From: a virus
Virus record (IMG/VR): IMGVR_UViG_3300023109_001684
Strand: one strand, 5' to 3'
DNA length: 64,000 nt
How positions within the stretch are numbered: the stretch's first letter is position 1; the number at the start of each line of letters is the position of its first letter. Shown one piece after another: positions 1 through 10,377 of the stretch. Both the position numbers and the translations under genes were made by a program. The notes under the pieces were generated by a model. It had not been told where the DNA came from, searched no databases, and saw only the letters and a list, made by a program, of their open reading frames with translations.

Positions 1-2
1 CA

Positions 3-266
3 GGATACACTCAGTTAGGTGCATTAGATATTCTTAGAATTCGTCCAATCCCTGCAAGGGCAGACGATTCACAATATACTATAGAACCTCAGTATACACA
101 CAGGCCAGACCTACTTGCATATGATTTGTATGGTACTGTAAAGTTATGGTGGGTGTTTGCCCAAAGAAATATGGATGTTATAAAAGATCCTATTTACGAT
201 ATGATAGCAGGAACAACAATATATGTACCGAAAAAGTCTTTATTAAAGAACTCATTAGGAATATAA
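3..266 (+). CDS. Baseplate wedge protein, T4 gp53-like/LysM-like (5' truncated by window)
   Basis: Not in ORF track. Frame 3 reads GYTQLGALDILRIRPIPARADDSQYTIEPQYTHRPDLLAYDLYGTVKLWWVFAQRN...KNSLGI* with TAA at 264-266. RPDLLAYDLYG..LWWV is typical of gp53-like wedge proteins; abuts next ATG at 267. Confidence 0.75.
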   Translation, partial: GYTQLGALDILRIRPIPARADDSQYTIEPQYTHRPDLLAYDLYGTVKLWWVFAQRNMDVIKDPIYDMIAGTTIYVPKKSLLKNSLGI

Positions 267-3200
267 ATGATAAACCCTAAAATAATACAAGAAGCAAAAA
301 CGGATTTATTAGCAAAAGCTAACGGAGTTACTGACACTGCTACAAACTTACTTTCGTCAGGATCTCTTGCACAACTTAAAATTGGTATGGATAATGGTAT
401 CAAAGATGCTAGTAATCAAGTGCGTAATATTGCAAACGGTATTGCAGGGGATATTGACATTCCTAGTCTAAAGAATTTAACAAATATAGATCCAGCTTTA
501 GCTTCAATATTTCCGTCGGGTCTAAATTCCTTTGCACAAGGGTTTGGTGCAAGTTTACTAGACAGAGTAGACAGTCTTGATAAAGATATTGCATCTCTAA
601 CAGGGCAATTAAATCAGGCTATTGATTTGGGCGTCGGCATTGAAAATGCACTGGCTCAAGGCTCCTTAGGCGCCATTGCTTCAGCAGCTGGAATTAATTT
701 AGATATACCATATGTAAATAAAACTCCTGGGTCCGAAGTTGGATCAACTTCTAAATCAGAACAAAAACCTGCTGGTATTTCCAAAGACGAATTTTTGCCG
801 AACCAACTAAGGAAGTATGCAAGTTTTAATACTATATTTCAGTTTGGTGCTATAAGTGCAAATAGTATTAATTTTCCAGATACTACATATCTAGTTAGGG
901 GTGCTGATGTAAGCATACTAAGAAGCGGCGGTGGCGGCATTGACAATAAACGTGTAATGACTATTTACGATGCATTAGGACAAAGCAATGGTTTACCGGG
1001 TAACTTAGAATATTTTATTGATGACTTTGAACTTGAAGCACTTATTGCTCCTAATAAAACTTCAGGTATGGCTCAAGCAATGCCTTTCAGTTTTAAAGTA
1101 CACGAACCTTATTCAATGGGATTATTCCTACAGTCTCTACAGGCAGCAGCATTAGAATCGGGATTTGCAAATTATCTAAAAGCGCCGTTTATGCTTGAAA
1201 TAGACTTTATTGGTTGGGACGACGAAGGCAACGCAGAATTAGTCGAAAAAGCAAATAGAAAAATACCAATGAGTTTAGTGTCAATAACTTTTGATGTAGA
1301 GAGAGCAGGCAGCGTTTATGAGGTACATGCAGTTCCGTGGAATGAAGTAGCGTTAATGGACGAGATACAAACATTACCGGCACCTGCACAAATAGTCGGT
1401 ACAACACTATTAGAAGCATTATCTTTAGGTGAACAAAGTTTAACAACTATTATAAATTCTGCGTTAGAAAAAGTAGCTTCTGCAAAAAATATATCAGCAA
1501 CTGATTATTATATGATTAGATTTCCAACAAAGCGTACTAGTCAGAATGGATTACAAAGTTCTAATATTGGAAGTTCAGCAGTTAATCAAGCAACTACGTC
1601 TGAATTAGAAGAAGCTAGAACTAGATTAGGTGCAGAATTACAAGAAGTAGTTGACGGTCAGTTAACTGGATTCTTTAATTCGGTTGGCACTGGCACAAGC
1701 GGAAGCGCACTATTTGAGAATTTAAAATCAACAGCAGTAAGCGATGTAAGCTCGATAGGTGCATCATTATTAAAATTCCCTAATACTCAACAAAATTCGC
1801 CATTTGGTTTAGATCGTTATACTTACGATAGCGAAGCTGGAGTATATAATAGGGCCGGCGTTGAAATATCAAATGTAGGAGGCGCACCTGCATTTACGTT
1901 TGATACTGGAGCATCAATACAAACTATAATTGAAGAACTAGTTACTATTAGTTCTTTCGGTCGAGAAGCAATAGAATATGCTGATAGAGAAGGAATGATC
2001 CGTTGGTATAAAATTGAACCACAATGTTTTATTATTCCTGATAAACAAATTGAACAAGAAACAGGAAAACCAGCTAGAATTTTTGTATTTAATATTGTTC
2101 CTTATGAAGTACATTCAAGTGTATTTCCTGCTCCAAATACTTCGCACTCAGCAGAAGAGCGCAAAAAACAAATTGTTAAAGAATACAATTATATATACAG
2201 TGGCGCAAATGAAGATGTTTTAGGATTTGATATAAAATTTAATGCTGCGTTCTTTGAAGCAATACAAGGTGACTTTGGTGAACTTAGTGCAGGTGAACAA
2301 ACAAGAAATACAGAAAATATTGTTGCAGCAAATGGAATACCGGCATACAATATAAAATTAGGAGGCAACGGAGTACCAGAAACAGTAGTCCAACCTCAAA
2401 ATACAGCATTAACATATGTCGGCGGTAGTTATAATTTAGATAGAGGAGCAGCACTAGCTAAACAATTCCAACGTGCATTGTTAGATAGTGATGTTGATTT
2501 AATAGTTGCTGAATTAGAAATATGGGGCGATCCTTATTATCTTCCGTCAAGTGGATTAGGAAATTATAATGCAGCAAACAGTGGGCAGACTACTAGTTTA
2601 ACAGTTGACGGTTCTTTAGATTATCAAAGATCAGAAGTAGATATTTTAATAAATTTTAAAACACCTATAGATTATGGACCAGATGGGTATGCAATCTTTC
2701 CAGGAGGAGAGTTAGCTACACAATCAGTTGGACAATTTAGTGGTGTGTATAAAGTATTAAAAGTTGTTTCATCTGTACGTGAAAATATGTTTGTACAAAC
2801 ACTAAGTTTGATTAGACGAAAAAATCAAGAAGACTATTCAAATATTATACCTTCAAGTGGAGCAGATGCAGTAGGCGAAGACCAAAATGCACAATCTCTA
2901 AATAGTGGTAATGAACAACCTCGTCCAGAAACAGTTGGCCAAGATTCATCTAACGGCGGATCAGCTGGCACACCAACACCAACTAATCCAAGTGGAGCAG
3001 GAGACACGACTGATCTAACTGAAATTCGAAGTGCTTCAGGACAACGTGCCTTAGTTGCAAAAGTTATGGCTCCAAATTTCCAAGCATTAGTAGACGAACT
3101 TGAAAGTGAATACGGGTATGACATTAGATCTATGGGCGGCTATAGAAACCCGGCCGTAGCTGGAATTAATAACGGTGACGGCACATACAGTAGAACTACT

Positions 3201-3911
3201 TATAGTTGGCATAATGCAGGACTAGCAATTGACATTAATCCTGCAGAAAATCCTTTTAAGCAAGTACGTAAAGAAGGGCGAGTTACAGACGATTGGACAG
3301 ATATGCCATTAGACGGAACAGGATCAGCTATGGTAGCACTAGCAGCAAAACACGGTCTTGGATGGGGAGGAAACTGGGCTAGTTCAACTGATGCTATGCA
3401 TTTTAGTGCTGGTCCTAATGAACAAGGAACTTTTGATTATCCTAAAGACGGTACAATACCTAGATTTCAACCTTCTAATGTAAACGTAGATACTACAGAT
3501 GAGGCTAGAGCACAAAGAACAAATGCTGAGTCAACAGCTCCGCCTGATAATCCGGATGCTAATGATCCAAGAGGTAAAGGTCAAACAAATACTCCACCTC
3601 CTGCTAATACAGTAGATAGCACAGATGATGCTAGAGCACAAAGAACAAGCGGAACTGCTCCAGTAACCACTAACCCAGCAGCACCGGTAGCAAATAATGT
3701 AAGTAATACTAATCAGGTATCAGGTAATGATTTAAGACCCTACTTACCGTTAGTTCCACAAGACAACAGATACGATTTTAGAACTGGAGATAAAATACGT
3801 TCTTTAATAGCAAATATGCAAACTAATACACAAACTAATACACAAACTAATACACAACAAGAATCAAGCGCACCTCCAGCAAATGATTACGATAGTACAG
3901 GACCACAATAA
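267..3911 (+). CDS. Baseplate hub/tail-associated protein with C-terminal M15-family zinc peptidoglycan peptidase domain
   Basis: 1214 aa. SWHNAGLAIDIN (SxHxxGxAxD) and GWGGNW..DAMHF motifs at about 3200-3405 match the VanY/L-Ala-D-Glu peptidase type. IWGDPYY and SGVYKVLKV hub-like motifs; lies between gp53-like and gp5-like genes. Confidence 0.7.
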   Translation: MINPKIIQEAKTDLLAKANGVTDTATNLLSSGSLAQLKIGMDNGIKDASNQVRNIANGIAGDIDIPSLKNLTNIDPALASIFPSGLNSFAQGFGASLLDRVDSLDKDIASLTGQLNQAIDLGVGIENALAQGSLGAIASAAGINLDIPYVNKTPGSEVGSTSKSEQKPAGISKDEFLPNQLRKYASFNTIFQFGAISANSINFPDTTYLVRGADVSILRSGGGGIDNKRVMTIYDALGQSNGLPGNLEYFIDDFELEALIAPNKTSGMAQAMPFSFKVHEPYSMGLFLQSLQAAALESGFANYLKAPFMLEIDFIGWDDEGNAELVEKANRKIPMSLVSITFDVERAGSVYEVHAVPWNEVALMDEIQTLPAPAQIVGTTLLEALSLGEQSLTTIINSALEKVASAKNISATDYYMIRFPTKRTSQNGLQSSNIGSSAVNQATTSELEEARTRLGAELQEVVDGQLTGFFNSVGTGTSGSALFENLKSTAVSDVSSIGASLLKFPNTQQNSPFGLDRYTYDSEAGVYNRAGVEISNVGGAPAFTFDTGASIQTIIEELVTISSFGREAIEYADREGMIRWYKIEPQCFIIPDKQIEQETGKPARIFVFNIVPYEVHSSVFPAPNTSHSAEERKKQIVKEYNYIYSGANEDVLGFDIKFNAAFFEAIQGDFGELSAGEQTRNTENIVAANGIPAYNIKLGGNGVPETVVQPQNTALTYVGGSYNLDRGAALAKQFQRALLDSDVDLIVAELEIWGDPYYLPSSGLGNYNAANSGQTTSLTVDGSLDYQRSEVDILINFKTPIDYGPDGYAIFPGGELATQSVGQFSGVYKVLKVVSSVRENMFVQTLSLIRRKNQEDYSNIIPSSGADAVGEDQNAQSLNSGNEQPRPETVGQDSSNGGSAGTPTPTNPSGAGDTTDLTEIRSASGQRALVAKVMAPNFQALVDELESEYGYDIRSMGGYRNPAVAGINNGDGTYSRTTYSWHNAGLAIDINPAENPFKQVRKEGRVTDDWTDMPLDGTGSAMVALAAKHGLGWGGNWASSTDAMHFSAGPNEQGTFDYPKDGTIPRFQPSNVNVDTTDEARAQRTNAESTAPPDNPDANDPRGKGQTNTPPPANTVDSTDDARAQRTSGTAPVTTNPAAPVANNVSNTNQVSGNDLRPYLPLVPQDNRYDFRTGDKIRSLIANMQTNTQTNTQTNTQQESSAPPANDYDSTGPQ
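3486..3648 (+). repeat. Imperfect 37-bp direct repeat (2 copies) encoding VD(T/S)TD(E/D)ARAQRT
   Basis: gtagatactacagatgaggctagagcacaaagaacaa at 3486 versus gtagatagcacagatgatgctagagcacaaagaacaa at 3612. Confidence 0.85.
3819..3854 (+). repeat. Perfect 12-bp tandem repeat x3 (caaactaataca; QTNT)
   Basis: Three exact in-frame copies in the low-complexity C-terminus of the 1214-aa protein. Confidence 0.9.
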
Positions 3912-6337
3912 TGGCAGTAAGTAGAAGGACAAATCAAAACGTACTTGCAAATGAAATTGCTACCCACGGAAACGGTCCGTTTGAAGCAATTGTAGTTAGT
4001 ACACTTGATCCTAATTATCAAGGCGGATTATTAGTTGATATTCTAAGAAGAAGCGATGCCGGTAGTATACCAGAAAAAATAGGTAATAGTATTGAAGCAA
4101 GATATCTATCACCGTTTTACGGAACTACAGGATTTCAGCATACACAGGGTAATGACGGATATAGTTCAACACAAAAAAGTTATGGTTTTTGGGCAGTGCC
4201 ACCGGACCCGGGAACACGAGTATTAGTTTTATTTGTAAACGGTGATATTTCTCGTTGTTATTGGATTGGCTGTATACAAGATGCATATATGAATTTTATG
4301 GTTCCTGATGGCCGTGCAAGTACTGAAATAACAACAGATGCAACTCCAAGTAATTTAAAAGGATCTAAATTACCCGTAGGTGAATACAATAAAAAAATTG
4401 AAACCGGAACTCGTGCAGATCCTACTAAATTCAAAAAACCTTACAATAAAGATTTTACTCAAGTTTTAGAAATACAAGGACTTATTCAAGACGAAGCAAG
4501 AGGATTAACAACTACTAGTGCTAGAAGAGATTTACCTAGTAGTGTATATGGATGGAGTACGCCAGGACCGATTGATAAACGTAACGGCGCACCAAAAGGG
4601 CAATCAGGCCAACTAGATGCAAGATCAAATAGATTTGTAAACCGCTTAGGTGGTGCATCGATAGTTATGGACGACGGCGACGATAAACTTTTAAGAAAAA
4701 CAACAGCTGAACAAGGTCCACCTTCGTATGTAAATGTAGAAGGCGGCGAAACAGGCGGCGATCCTACACTTCCTCAAAATGAACTAACAAGACTTAGAAC
4801 ACGTAGCGGTCATCAAATACTAATGCACAATACAGAAGATTTCATTTACATTGGTAATTCACGAGGAACAGCGTGGATAGAATTATCAAGCGATGGTAAA
4901 ATTGATGTATATGCTAATGATAGTGTAAGCATTCACAGCGACAATGATCTAAACTTTACAGCCGATCGCGATGTAAATATCGAAGGCGGAAGAAATGTTA
5001 ATATACGAGCTAGTGCAAGATTTTCAGATGGTTTATCTACAGGCGGAACAAGCGGCAATGTACAAATAGAAAGCAAGAACGATATGAATCTTCGTGCTGA
5101 CGAAAACATGAAAATTCACGTTGAATCTAATAGAGATGATTATACTAAAGGAACACACAACTCTCATGTAATAGGAGAAATTAACACTACTACTGATGCA
5201 TCGTTTAAACTACATGCTACAGGAGGCACAGTAGATTTAAAAGCAAGCGGAGACATTAATGCAGAAGCAACAAGCGGAAATATTAATGTAAAAGCAAGCG
5301 CAAAAGTTAGCTTAGGAGCTGGCACAAACATAGACTTACAAGCCGACACACAATTAGCAGGAGATGCTACTACAATATATTGGAATAGTGGTCAGTCAGC
5401 CGCAGCAGGTAGTGCAAATGATCCTGCAGACGCAACAGAAGTAGCACTACTTAAAACTCATGGATTGCCGGTTACTAATCCTGGAGTGTTTACGCCAGAT
5501 GATGTAAACACTATAGTAAGAAGAATGCCAAGTCATGAACCTTGGAGCCAACATGAAAATTTAGATCCGTTAAAATTCAAGAAAGCGGAAACCGATCAAC
5601 AAAATACTTCACCGTTTATTGATACTATCAATATTAGAACTCCTGACACTTTCCAAAAGAGTGGGGCAGGAGGAACTCGAGAAGCAGGCGGATTTGGTGC
5701 AGCACCAAGTGTAAACGGAACAGCGCCGGTTACAGTAACACCTGATTATAGTAGTGTTGGACCAGGCGGAGATTTATTGAATATAATTGCACAAGCTGAA
5801 TCTGGAGCAAATTATGATACTGTGTTTAGTAATAGCAAGATTACTACAAAAGAATATTTAGGAAAAGACTTATCTGCATGTACTATTACAGAAGTTCTAC
5901 AATGGGGAGATCATAGCACAGATGTACTAGGTAGCGCAAGTAGTGCAGCAGGTAAGTATCAAATCATTAGAAGTACATTACGTAGTCTAGTAGCAGAAGG
6001 TGCTGCAAGTGTAGATGAAGTGTATAATGCGGAAGTACAAGATAGATTAGCTAATGCTCTATTAAGACGCAGAAGAATTGCCCAATATATTGCTGGTTCG
6101 ATTACGGAAGCTAGATTTGCAATTAATATAGCACAAGAATGGGCATCGATGCCAGTGTGTAGTAGAACACAGGGCAAGTTCCGTATGGTCAATGCAGAAG
6201 AAAGTTACTATGCAGGCGACGGACTAAACAAGTCTCTTGTTGCAACAAATACAGTTATTGCTGCTATCAGAGCATTACGTCCAGCACCTAACGATCAAGC
6301 CGGCGCACCGCCAACAAGAAATTCAGGTCCGCAGTAA
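3911..6337 (+). CDS. Baseplate central spike, gp5/VgrG-like (OB fold plus beta-helix), with C-terminal lysozyme-like muramidase domain
   Basis: SYGFWAVPPDPGTRVLVLFVNGD OB-fold motif; beta-helix-like repeats mid-protein; C-terminal IAQAESGANYD...SSAAGKYQII...QDRLA...AQEWASMP resembles lambda-type lysozyme; directly upstream of gp25. Confidence 0.8.
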   Translation: MAVSRRTNQNVLANEIATHGNGPFEAIVVSTLDPNYQGGLLVDILRRSDAGSIPEKIGNSIEARYLSPFYGTTGFQHTQGNDGYSSTQKSYGFWAVPPDPGTRVLVLFVNGDISRCYWIGCIQDAYMNFMVPDGRASTEITTDATPSNLKGSKLPVGEYNKKIETGTRADPTKFKKPYNKDFTQVLEIQGLIQDEARGLTTTSARRDLPSSVYGWSTPGPIDKRNGAPKGQSGQLDARSNRFVNRLGGASIVMDDGDDKLLRKTTAEQGPPSYVNVEGGETGGDPTLPQNELTRLRTRSGHQILMHNTEDFIYIGNSRGTAWIELSSDGKIDVYANDSVSIHSDNDLNFTADRDVNIEGGRNVNIRASARFSDGLSTGGTSGNVQIESKNDMNLRADENMKIHVESNRDDYTKGTHNSHVIGEINTTTDASFKLHATGGTVDLKASGDINAEATSGNINVKASAKVSLGAGTNIDLQADTQLAGDATTIYWNSGQSAAAGSANDPADATEVALLKTHGLPVTNPGVFTPDDVNTIVRRMPSHEPWSQHENLDPLKFKKAETDQQNTSPFIDTINIRTPDTFQKSGAGGTREAGGFGAAPSVNGTAPVTVTPDYSSVGPGGDLLNIIAQAESGANYDTVFSNSKITTKEYLGKDLSACTITEVLQWGDHSTDVLGSASSAAGKYQIIRSTLRSLVAEGAASVDEVYNAEVQDRLANALLRRRRIAQYIAGSITEARFAINIAQEWASMPVCSRTQGKFRMVNAEESYYAGDGLNKSLVATNTVIAAIRALRPAPNDQAGAPPTRNSGPQ

Positions 6338-6346
6338 GGAAAAATT

Positions 6347-6793
6347 ATGAGTACATTAGAGAAAAATTTATATAAGCGTGTAAATGTAAAAACAGCACAG
6401 TCGGTAGAAACACCGGCAAGTAATGCTGCATATAGAAGTATATCTACAGTTAACCCAGAAAATGATGGATTTAGATTATATGATCTTGCAGTTATAAAAC
6501 AGGATATTATTAATCACTTTCATATACGGCAAGGTGAAAAATTAGAAAATCCTGAATTTGGCACAATTATATGGGACGTAATTTTTGATCCACTAACTGA
6601 TTCCTTAAAAGCTGCTATTACAAAAAATATAGAAGATATTATTAACTATGATCCTAGAGTTAACGTAGATCAAGTTATTGTATCAGAGTACGAAAGTGGA
6701 ATACAAATTGAATGTGTATTGATTTATTTGAACTACAGTATTGCAGAAACTATGCGATTACAGTTTGATCAATCTAACGGGTTATTGAGCTAA
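6347..6793 (+). CDS. gp25: Baseplate wedge subunit, T4 gp25-like
   Basis: 148 aa; IRQGEKLENPEFGTIIWDVIFDP...YDPRV signature; AAGGA RBS upstream. Confidence 0.9.
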   Translation: MSTLEKNLYKRVNVKTAQSVETPASNAAYRSISTVNPENDGFRLYDLAVIKQDIINHFHIRQGEKLENPEFGTIIWDVIFDPLTDSLKAAITKNIEDIINYDPRVNVDQVIVSEYESGIQIECVLIYLNYSIAETMRLQFDQSNGLLS

Positions 6794-6821
6794 GAAATAA
6801 AATACGTAGTTTACAAATCAA

Positions 6822-6828
6822 ATAAATA
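6822..6828 (+). promoter_or_regulatory. Putative T4-late-like promoter box (ATAAATA)
   Basis: AATAAATAC in the intergenic gap before gp6; the same core recurs before other structural genes. Confidence 0.55.
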
Positions 6829-6849
6829 CAGTATAACAGAGGAACGCAA

Positions 6850-9800
6850 ATGTCAGCAACAGATAGACAGAATAGATTACTAGTTGCGGAAGATTGGAAA
6901 CGTGTATACCAAACTTTCCGTAATGCAGATTTCCAAAGCTACGACTTTGACAATCTACGCAGAACAATGATTAATTATCTCAGGAGAAATTATCCTGAAG
7001 ACTTTAACGACTACATTGAAAGTTCAGAATATCTTGCATTAATTGACCTCATTGCGTTCTTAGGTCAAAATCTTGCATTCCGTATTGATCTAAATGCACG
7101 TGAAAACTATCTTGAATTAGCAGAGCGTAGAGAAAGCATCTTACGTCTTGCACGTTTGTTATCGTATAATCCAAAACGTAATCAAGCAGCCAACGGGTTG
7201 TTAAAGTTTTCTGCTATTAAAACAACAGAAGATGTATTAGATAGTAATGGAGTTAACCTTGCTGGGCAAACTATTGAATGGAATGACAGCACAAACGCAA
7301 ACTGGTATGAACAATTTATTAAAATAATGAATACGTCTTTACCAGTAAACGGAGTATTTGGAAGACCTAATAAAAAAGAAGATGTAAACGGAATTTCTAC
7401 AGAGCAATATAGAGTAAACGGTATAAACACTAATGTTCCGGTATATAGTTTTAATAAAGCTATTGAAGCAAAGTCTACTCCGTTTCAAGTTGTAAGTACT
7501 GATATTAATGATGGTGATATACAAGAAGAACCACCAATTCCGGGTAACAACTTTGCATTCCTATATAGAGATGACGGCCAAGGTGCTGGTAGTTCAAATA
7601 GTGGATTTTTTGCACACTTTAGACAAGGTGTTTTAAACACTGGTGATTTTAGTATATCACAACCAACTTCAAATCAAACAATTGCAATTGACTCAACAAA
7701 CATAAACAATAGCGATGTTTGGTTATACAAACTAGACGCTAATGGAAATGAAAACGAATTTTGGACCAAGCTAGATGCTGTTGAAGGTAACAACATTATC
7801 TATAATAGTTTAAGTAAAAAAATACGTAATGTCTATAGTGTAACAACTAGAGTAGATGATAGAATAAATTTAATTTTTAGCGATGGTGTATTTGGCAATT
7901 TACCTAAAGGTAATTTTAAGATTTATTACAGAACTAGTGGTAATAGAAAAATGATTATTTCACCACAGTCTGTTAATGGTGTTGAAATTGATATTAGTTA
8001 TCTAAGTAAAGCCGGCAAAGTGCATACATTAACTCTTACACTTGGATTAGAATATACTGTAAGCAACAGTGAAACTAGTGAAACTAATGAAAGTATAAAA
8101 AGAAGTGCTCCGTCGACATACTATACTCAAAATAGAATGATCACAGGAGAGGACTATAACATAGGTCCACTTGGAGTAAGCCAAGATATTGTAAAAGTTA
8201 AAAGTGTTAACCGTACATCAAGCGGGATATCAAGATATTTTGATTTAATTGATGCTACTGGAAAATACTCTAACACTAACTTATACGGAAATGACGGTAT
8301 AGTTTATAAACAAGAAATTACAGGCAAGACAAATTTTACATTTGATACCCAAACAGATATTGAAGGCGTAATTATTAATTCTATTGAGCCAATATTAACT
8401 GATAAAAAAGTAAAACATTTTTACTTAGACAAATTATCAACAGTTAATACTATTGATCTAGGAGTATACTGGAATAGTGTGAGTCGTGATGTTAATACAT
8501 TTACAGGATTTTTTGATGACATTGATAATCAAACATTTCAAGTTGGCGGATTCACAGCAACCTCATTGCGTTATGTTGAACCAGGCGCTGTAATTAAATT
8601 TATAGCACCGCCACTACAAGACGGGACTCCGCAACACTTTATGGCAGACGGAACAATTATGTCTGGTTTAGCAGATCACCCAGGATCAAGAGAATACATT
8701 TGGACCAAAGTAATACAAGTACAATCAGATGGCATTACATCTACAGATACTAATCTTGGTGCGATTACACTAAGTGATGATATACCGACAGGGGCACAGT
8801 TGTCGCAAGTGCGTCCAAAGTTAGCAACTAGTTTATTAGATGACGTAAAGACTGAAATTATAGATCAAACATTTGCTTATAATGATTTTGGATTACGTTA
8901 TGATCGCAATCTTAGACAGTGGCGACTAATAAAAGAAACTAATATTAATAAAAGAAATAACTTTTCTTCAGGATTTACAGGTGATTTAAGTAATCAAAAT
9001 CTTGACTCAAGTTGGATAATTCTTTTTGAAACTGATGGTGAAATTTATACAGTAACTTATAGAATGTTAAGATATGTATTTGAAAGCGATAAAGAAATAA
9101 GATTTTGGTATGACGATAATGATAAAATATTTGATGCAAAGACTGGTAAACTTATTAAAGATAAAATTAGTGTATTAAGTATTAATACTAGACCAGGCAG
9201 CATTAATAATTTTTCAAGAACATTTGATTGGGAAACTTTACAAGAATATAGAGATGCTGAAGGATACATTGATAGTACTAAAATAGAAGTAACTTTTGCT
9301 AACTCTGACAATGATGACACAATTGATGATCCAGAATTATTTGAGCAGTACTGTATTGATCCAGATATAAATGCAGATACGCCATATGTATTTTTAGAAA
9401 AATATAGAACACAAGCAGGCACTGAAGATTTTAGATACATTTCTAAAACTGATCTTAATGTACACGTAGTTGACGTTAGTCCTACAAAATACGATGGACC
9501 TGTAGGTGCTTATAGTCAGTACGATGACGGTCAGTTATTTTACTTCCATGAAACAAATACATTTAAAACATTAGTATCAAGTGTTCCTGAATTAAGACTT
9601 ACTGCTAATTACAGAGCATTTGTTGGTAGAGATGAAATTAAATTCCAGTATGTGCATGTAGCAGATACTAATGCAAGAATTGATCCAAGTGCAAGTAACT
9701 TAATTGATAGTTTCTTATTAACTAAAGAGTATGATAGACAATTTAGATTGTATCTAGATGGTCAACTAAACTCTAAACCATTGCCTCCTAGTTCCGACGA

Positions 9801-10377
9801 ATTGTATAGAAGCTACGGTGCAGAACTAAACAAAATTAAATCTATTAGTGATGAAATAATTTATCACCCAGTAAAATACAAACCGTTGTTTGGAAACTAT
9901 GCAAACAGTGACTTACAGGCTACGTTCAAATTAGTTAAGAATAAAGATCAAGTATTAAATGATAACGATATAAGAACACGAGTTATTGATGCAATTAATC
10001 AATACTTTGCATTAGAAAACTGGGAATTTGGCGATACATTTTATTTCCAAGAACTAGTAACATATGTAATGAGTAGGCTTGCTCCAGATTTAGTTACAAT
10101 GTTAATTGTTCCGAAACAATCAAGTCAGACATTTGGTAGTTTATTTGAAATAAAGTCTGAATCAGATGAAATTTTTATAAACTCAGCAACAGTTGCAGAC
10201 GTAGAGTTAATAGATGAAATTACTGCTACTAGATTAAATGCTACTGGTAACGTAATTACAAGTTCGTCGTTATCCCAAAATACAGGAATAACAAGCGCAT
10301 CAGCTACACCAACAAGTAGTTCTAATACATCAAGCAGCTCATCAGGTAGTTCCAGTAACGGAGGATATAGTTACTAA
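6850..10377 (+). CDS. gp6: Baseplate wedge subunit, T4 gp6-like
   Basis: 1175 aa; DFDNLRRTMINYL..YPEDFNDY.ESS, ENYLELAERRESIL.LA..LSYNP, FSDGVFG and QNRMITGEDY motifs; follows gp25. Confidence 0.85.
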   Translation: MSATDRQNRLLVAEDWKRVYQTFRNADFQSYDFDNLRRTMINYLRRNYPEDFNDYIESSEYLALIDLIAFLGQNLAFRIDLNARENYLELAERRESILRLARLLSYNPKRNQAANGLLKFSAIKTTEDVLDSNGVNLAGQTIEWNDSTNANWYEQFIKIMNTSLPVNGVFGRPNKKEDVNGISTEQYRVNGINTNVPVYSFNKAIEAKSTPFQVVSTDINDGDIQEEPPIPGNNFAFLYRDDGQGAGSSNSGFFAHFRQGVLNTGDFSISQPTSNQTIAIDSTNINNSDVWLYKLDANGNENEFWTKLDAVEGNNIIYNSLSKKIRNVYSVTTRVDDRINLIFSDGVFGNLPKGNFKIYYRTSGNRKMIISPQSVNGVEIDISYLSKAGKVHTLTLTLGLEYTVSNSETSETNESIKRSAPSTYYTQNRMITGEDYNIGPLGVSQDIVKVKSVNRTSSGISRYFDLIDATGKYSNTNLYGNDGIVYKQEITGKTNFTFDTQTDIEGVIINSIEPILTDKKVKHFYLDKLSTVNTIDLGVYWNSVSRDVNTFTGFFDDIDNQTFQVGGFTATSLRYVEPGAVIKFIAPPLQDGTPQHFMADGTIMSGLADHPGSREYIWTKVIQVQSDGITSTDTNLGAITLSDDIPTGAQLSQVRPKLATSLLDDVKTEIIDQTFAYNDFGLRYDRNLRQWRLIKETNINKRNNFSSGFTGDLSNQNLDSSWIILFETDGEIYTVTYRMLRYVFESDKEIRFWYDDNDKIFDAKTGKLIKDKISVLSINTRPGSINNFSRTFDWETLQEYRDAEGYIDSTKIEVTFANSDNDDTIDDPELFEQYCIDPDINADTPYVFLEKYRTQAGTEDFRYISKTDLNVHVVDVSPTKYDGPVGAYSQYDDGQLFYFHETNTFKTLVSSVPELRLTANYRAFVGRDEIKFQYVHVADTNARIDPSASNLIDSFLLTKEYDRQFRLYLDGQLNSKPLPPSSDELYRSYGAELNKIKSISDEIIYHPVKYKPLFGNYANSDLQATFKLVKNKDQVLNDNDIRTRVIDAINQYFALENWEFGDTFYFQELVTYVMSRLAPDLVTMLIVPKQSSQTFGSLFEIKSESDEIFINSATVADVELIDEITATRLNATGNVITSSSLSQNTGITSASATPTSSSNTSSSSSGSSSNGGYSY

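Noticed and set aside
3-10377. Bacterial T6SS or extracellular contractile injection system (VgrG/TssE/TssF-like genes)
   Set aside because: No membrane complex, ClpV or Afp15-like ATPase in view. The giant wedge protein, multiple fibres, late-promoter boxes and gene packing fit a large myophage better. Capsid genes are outside the window, so this is not formally excluded.
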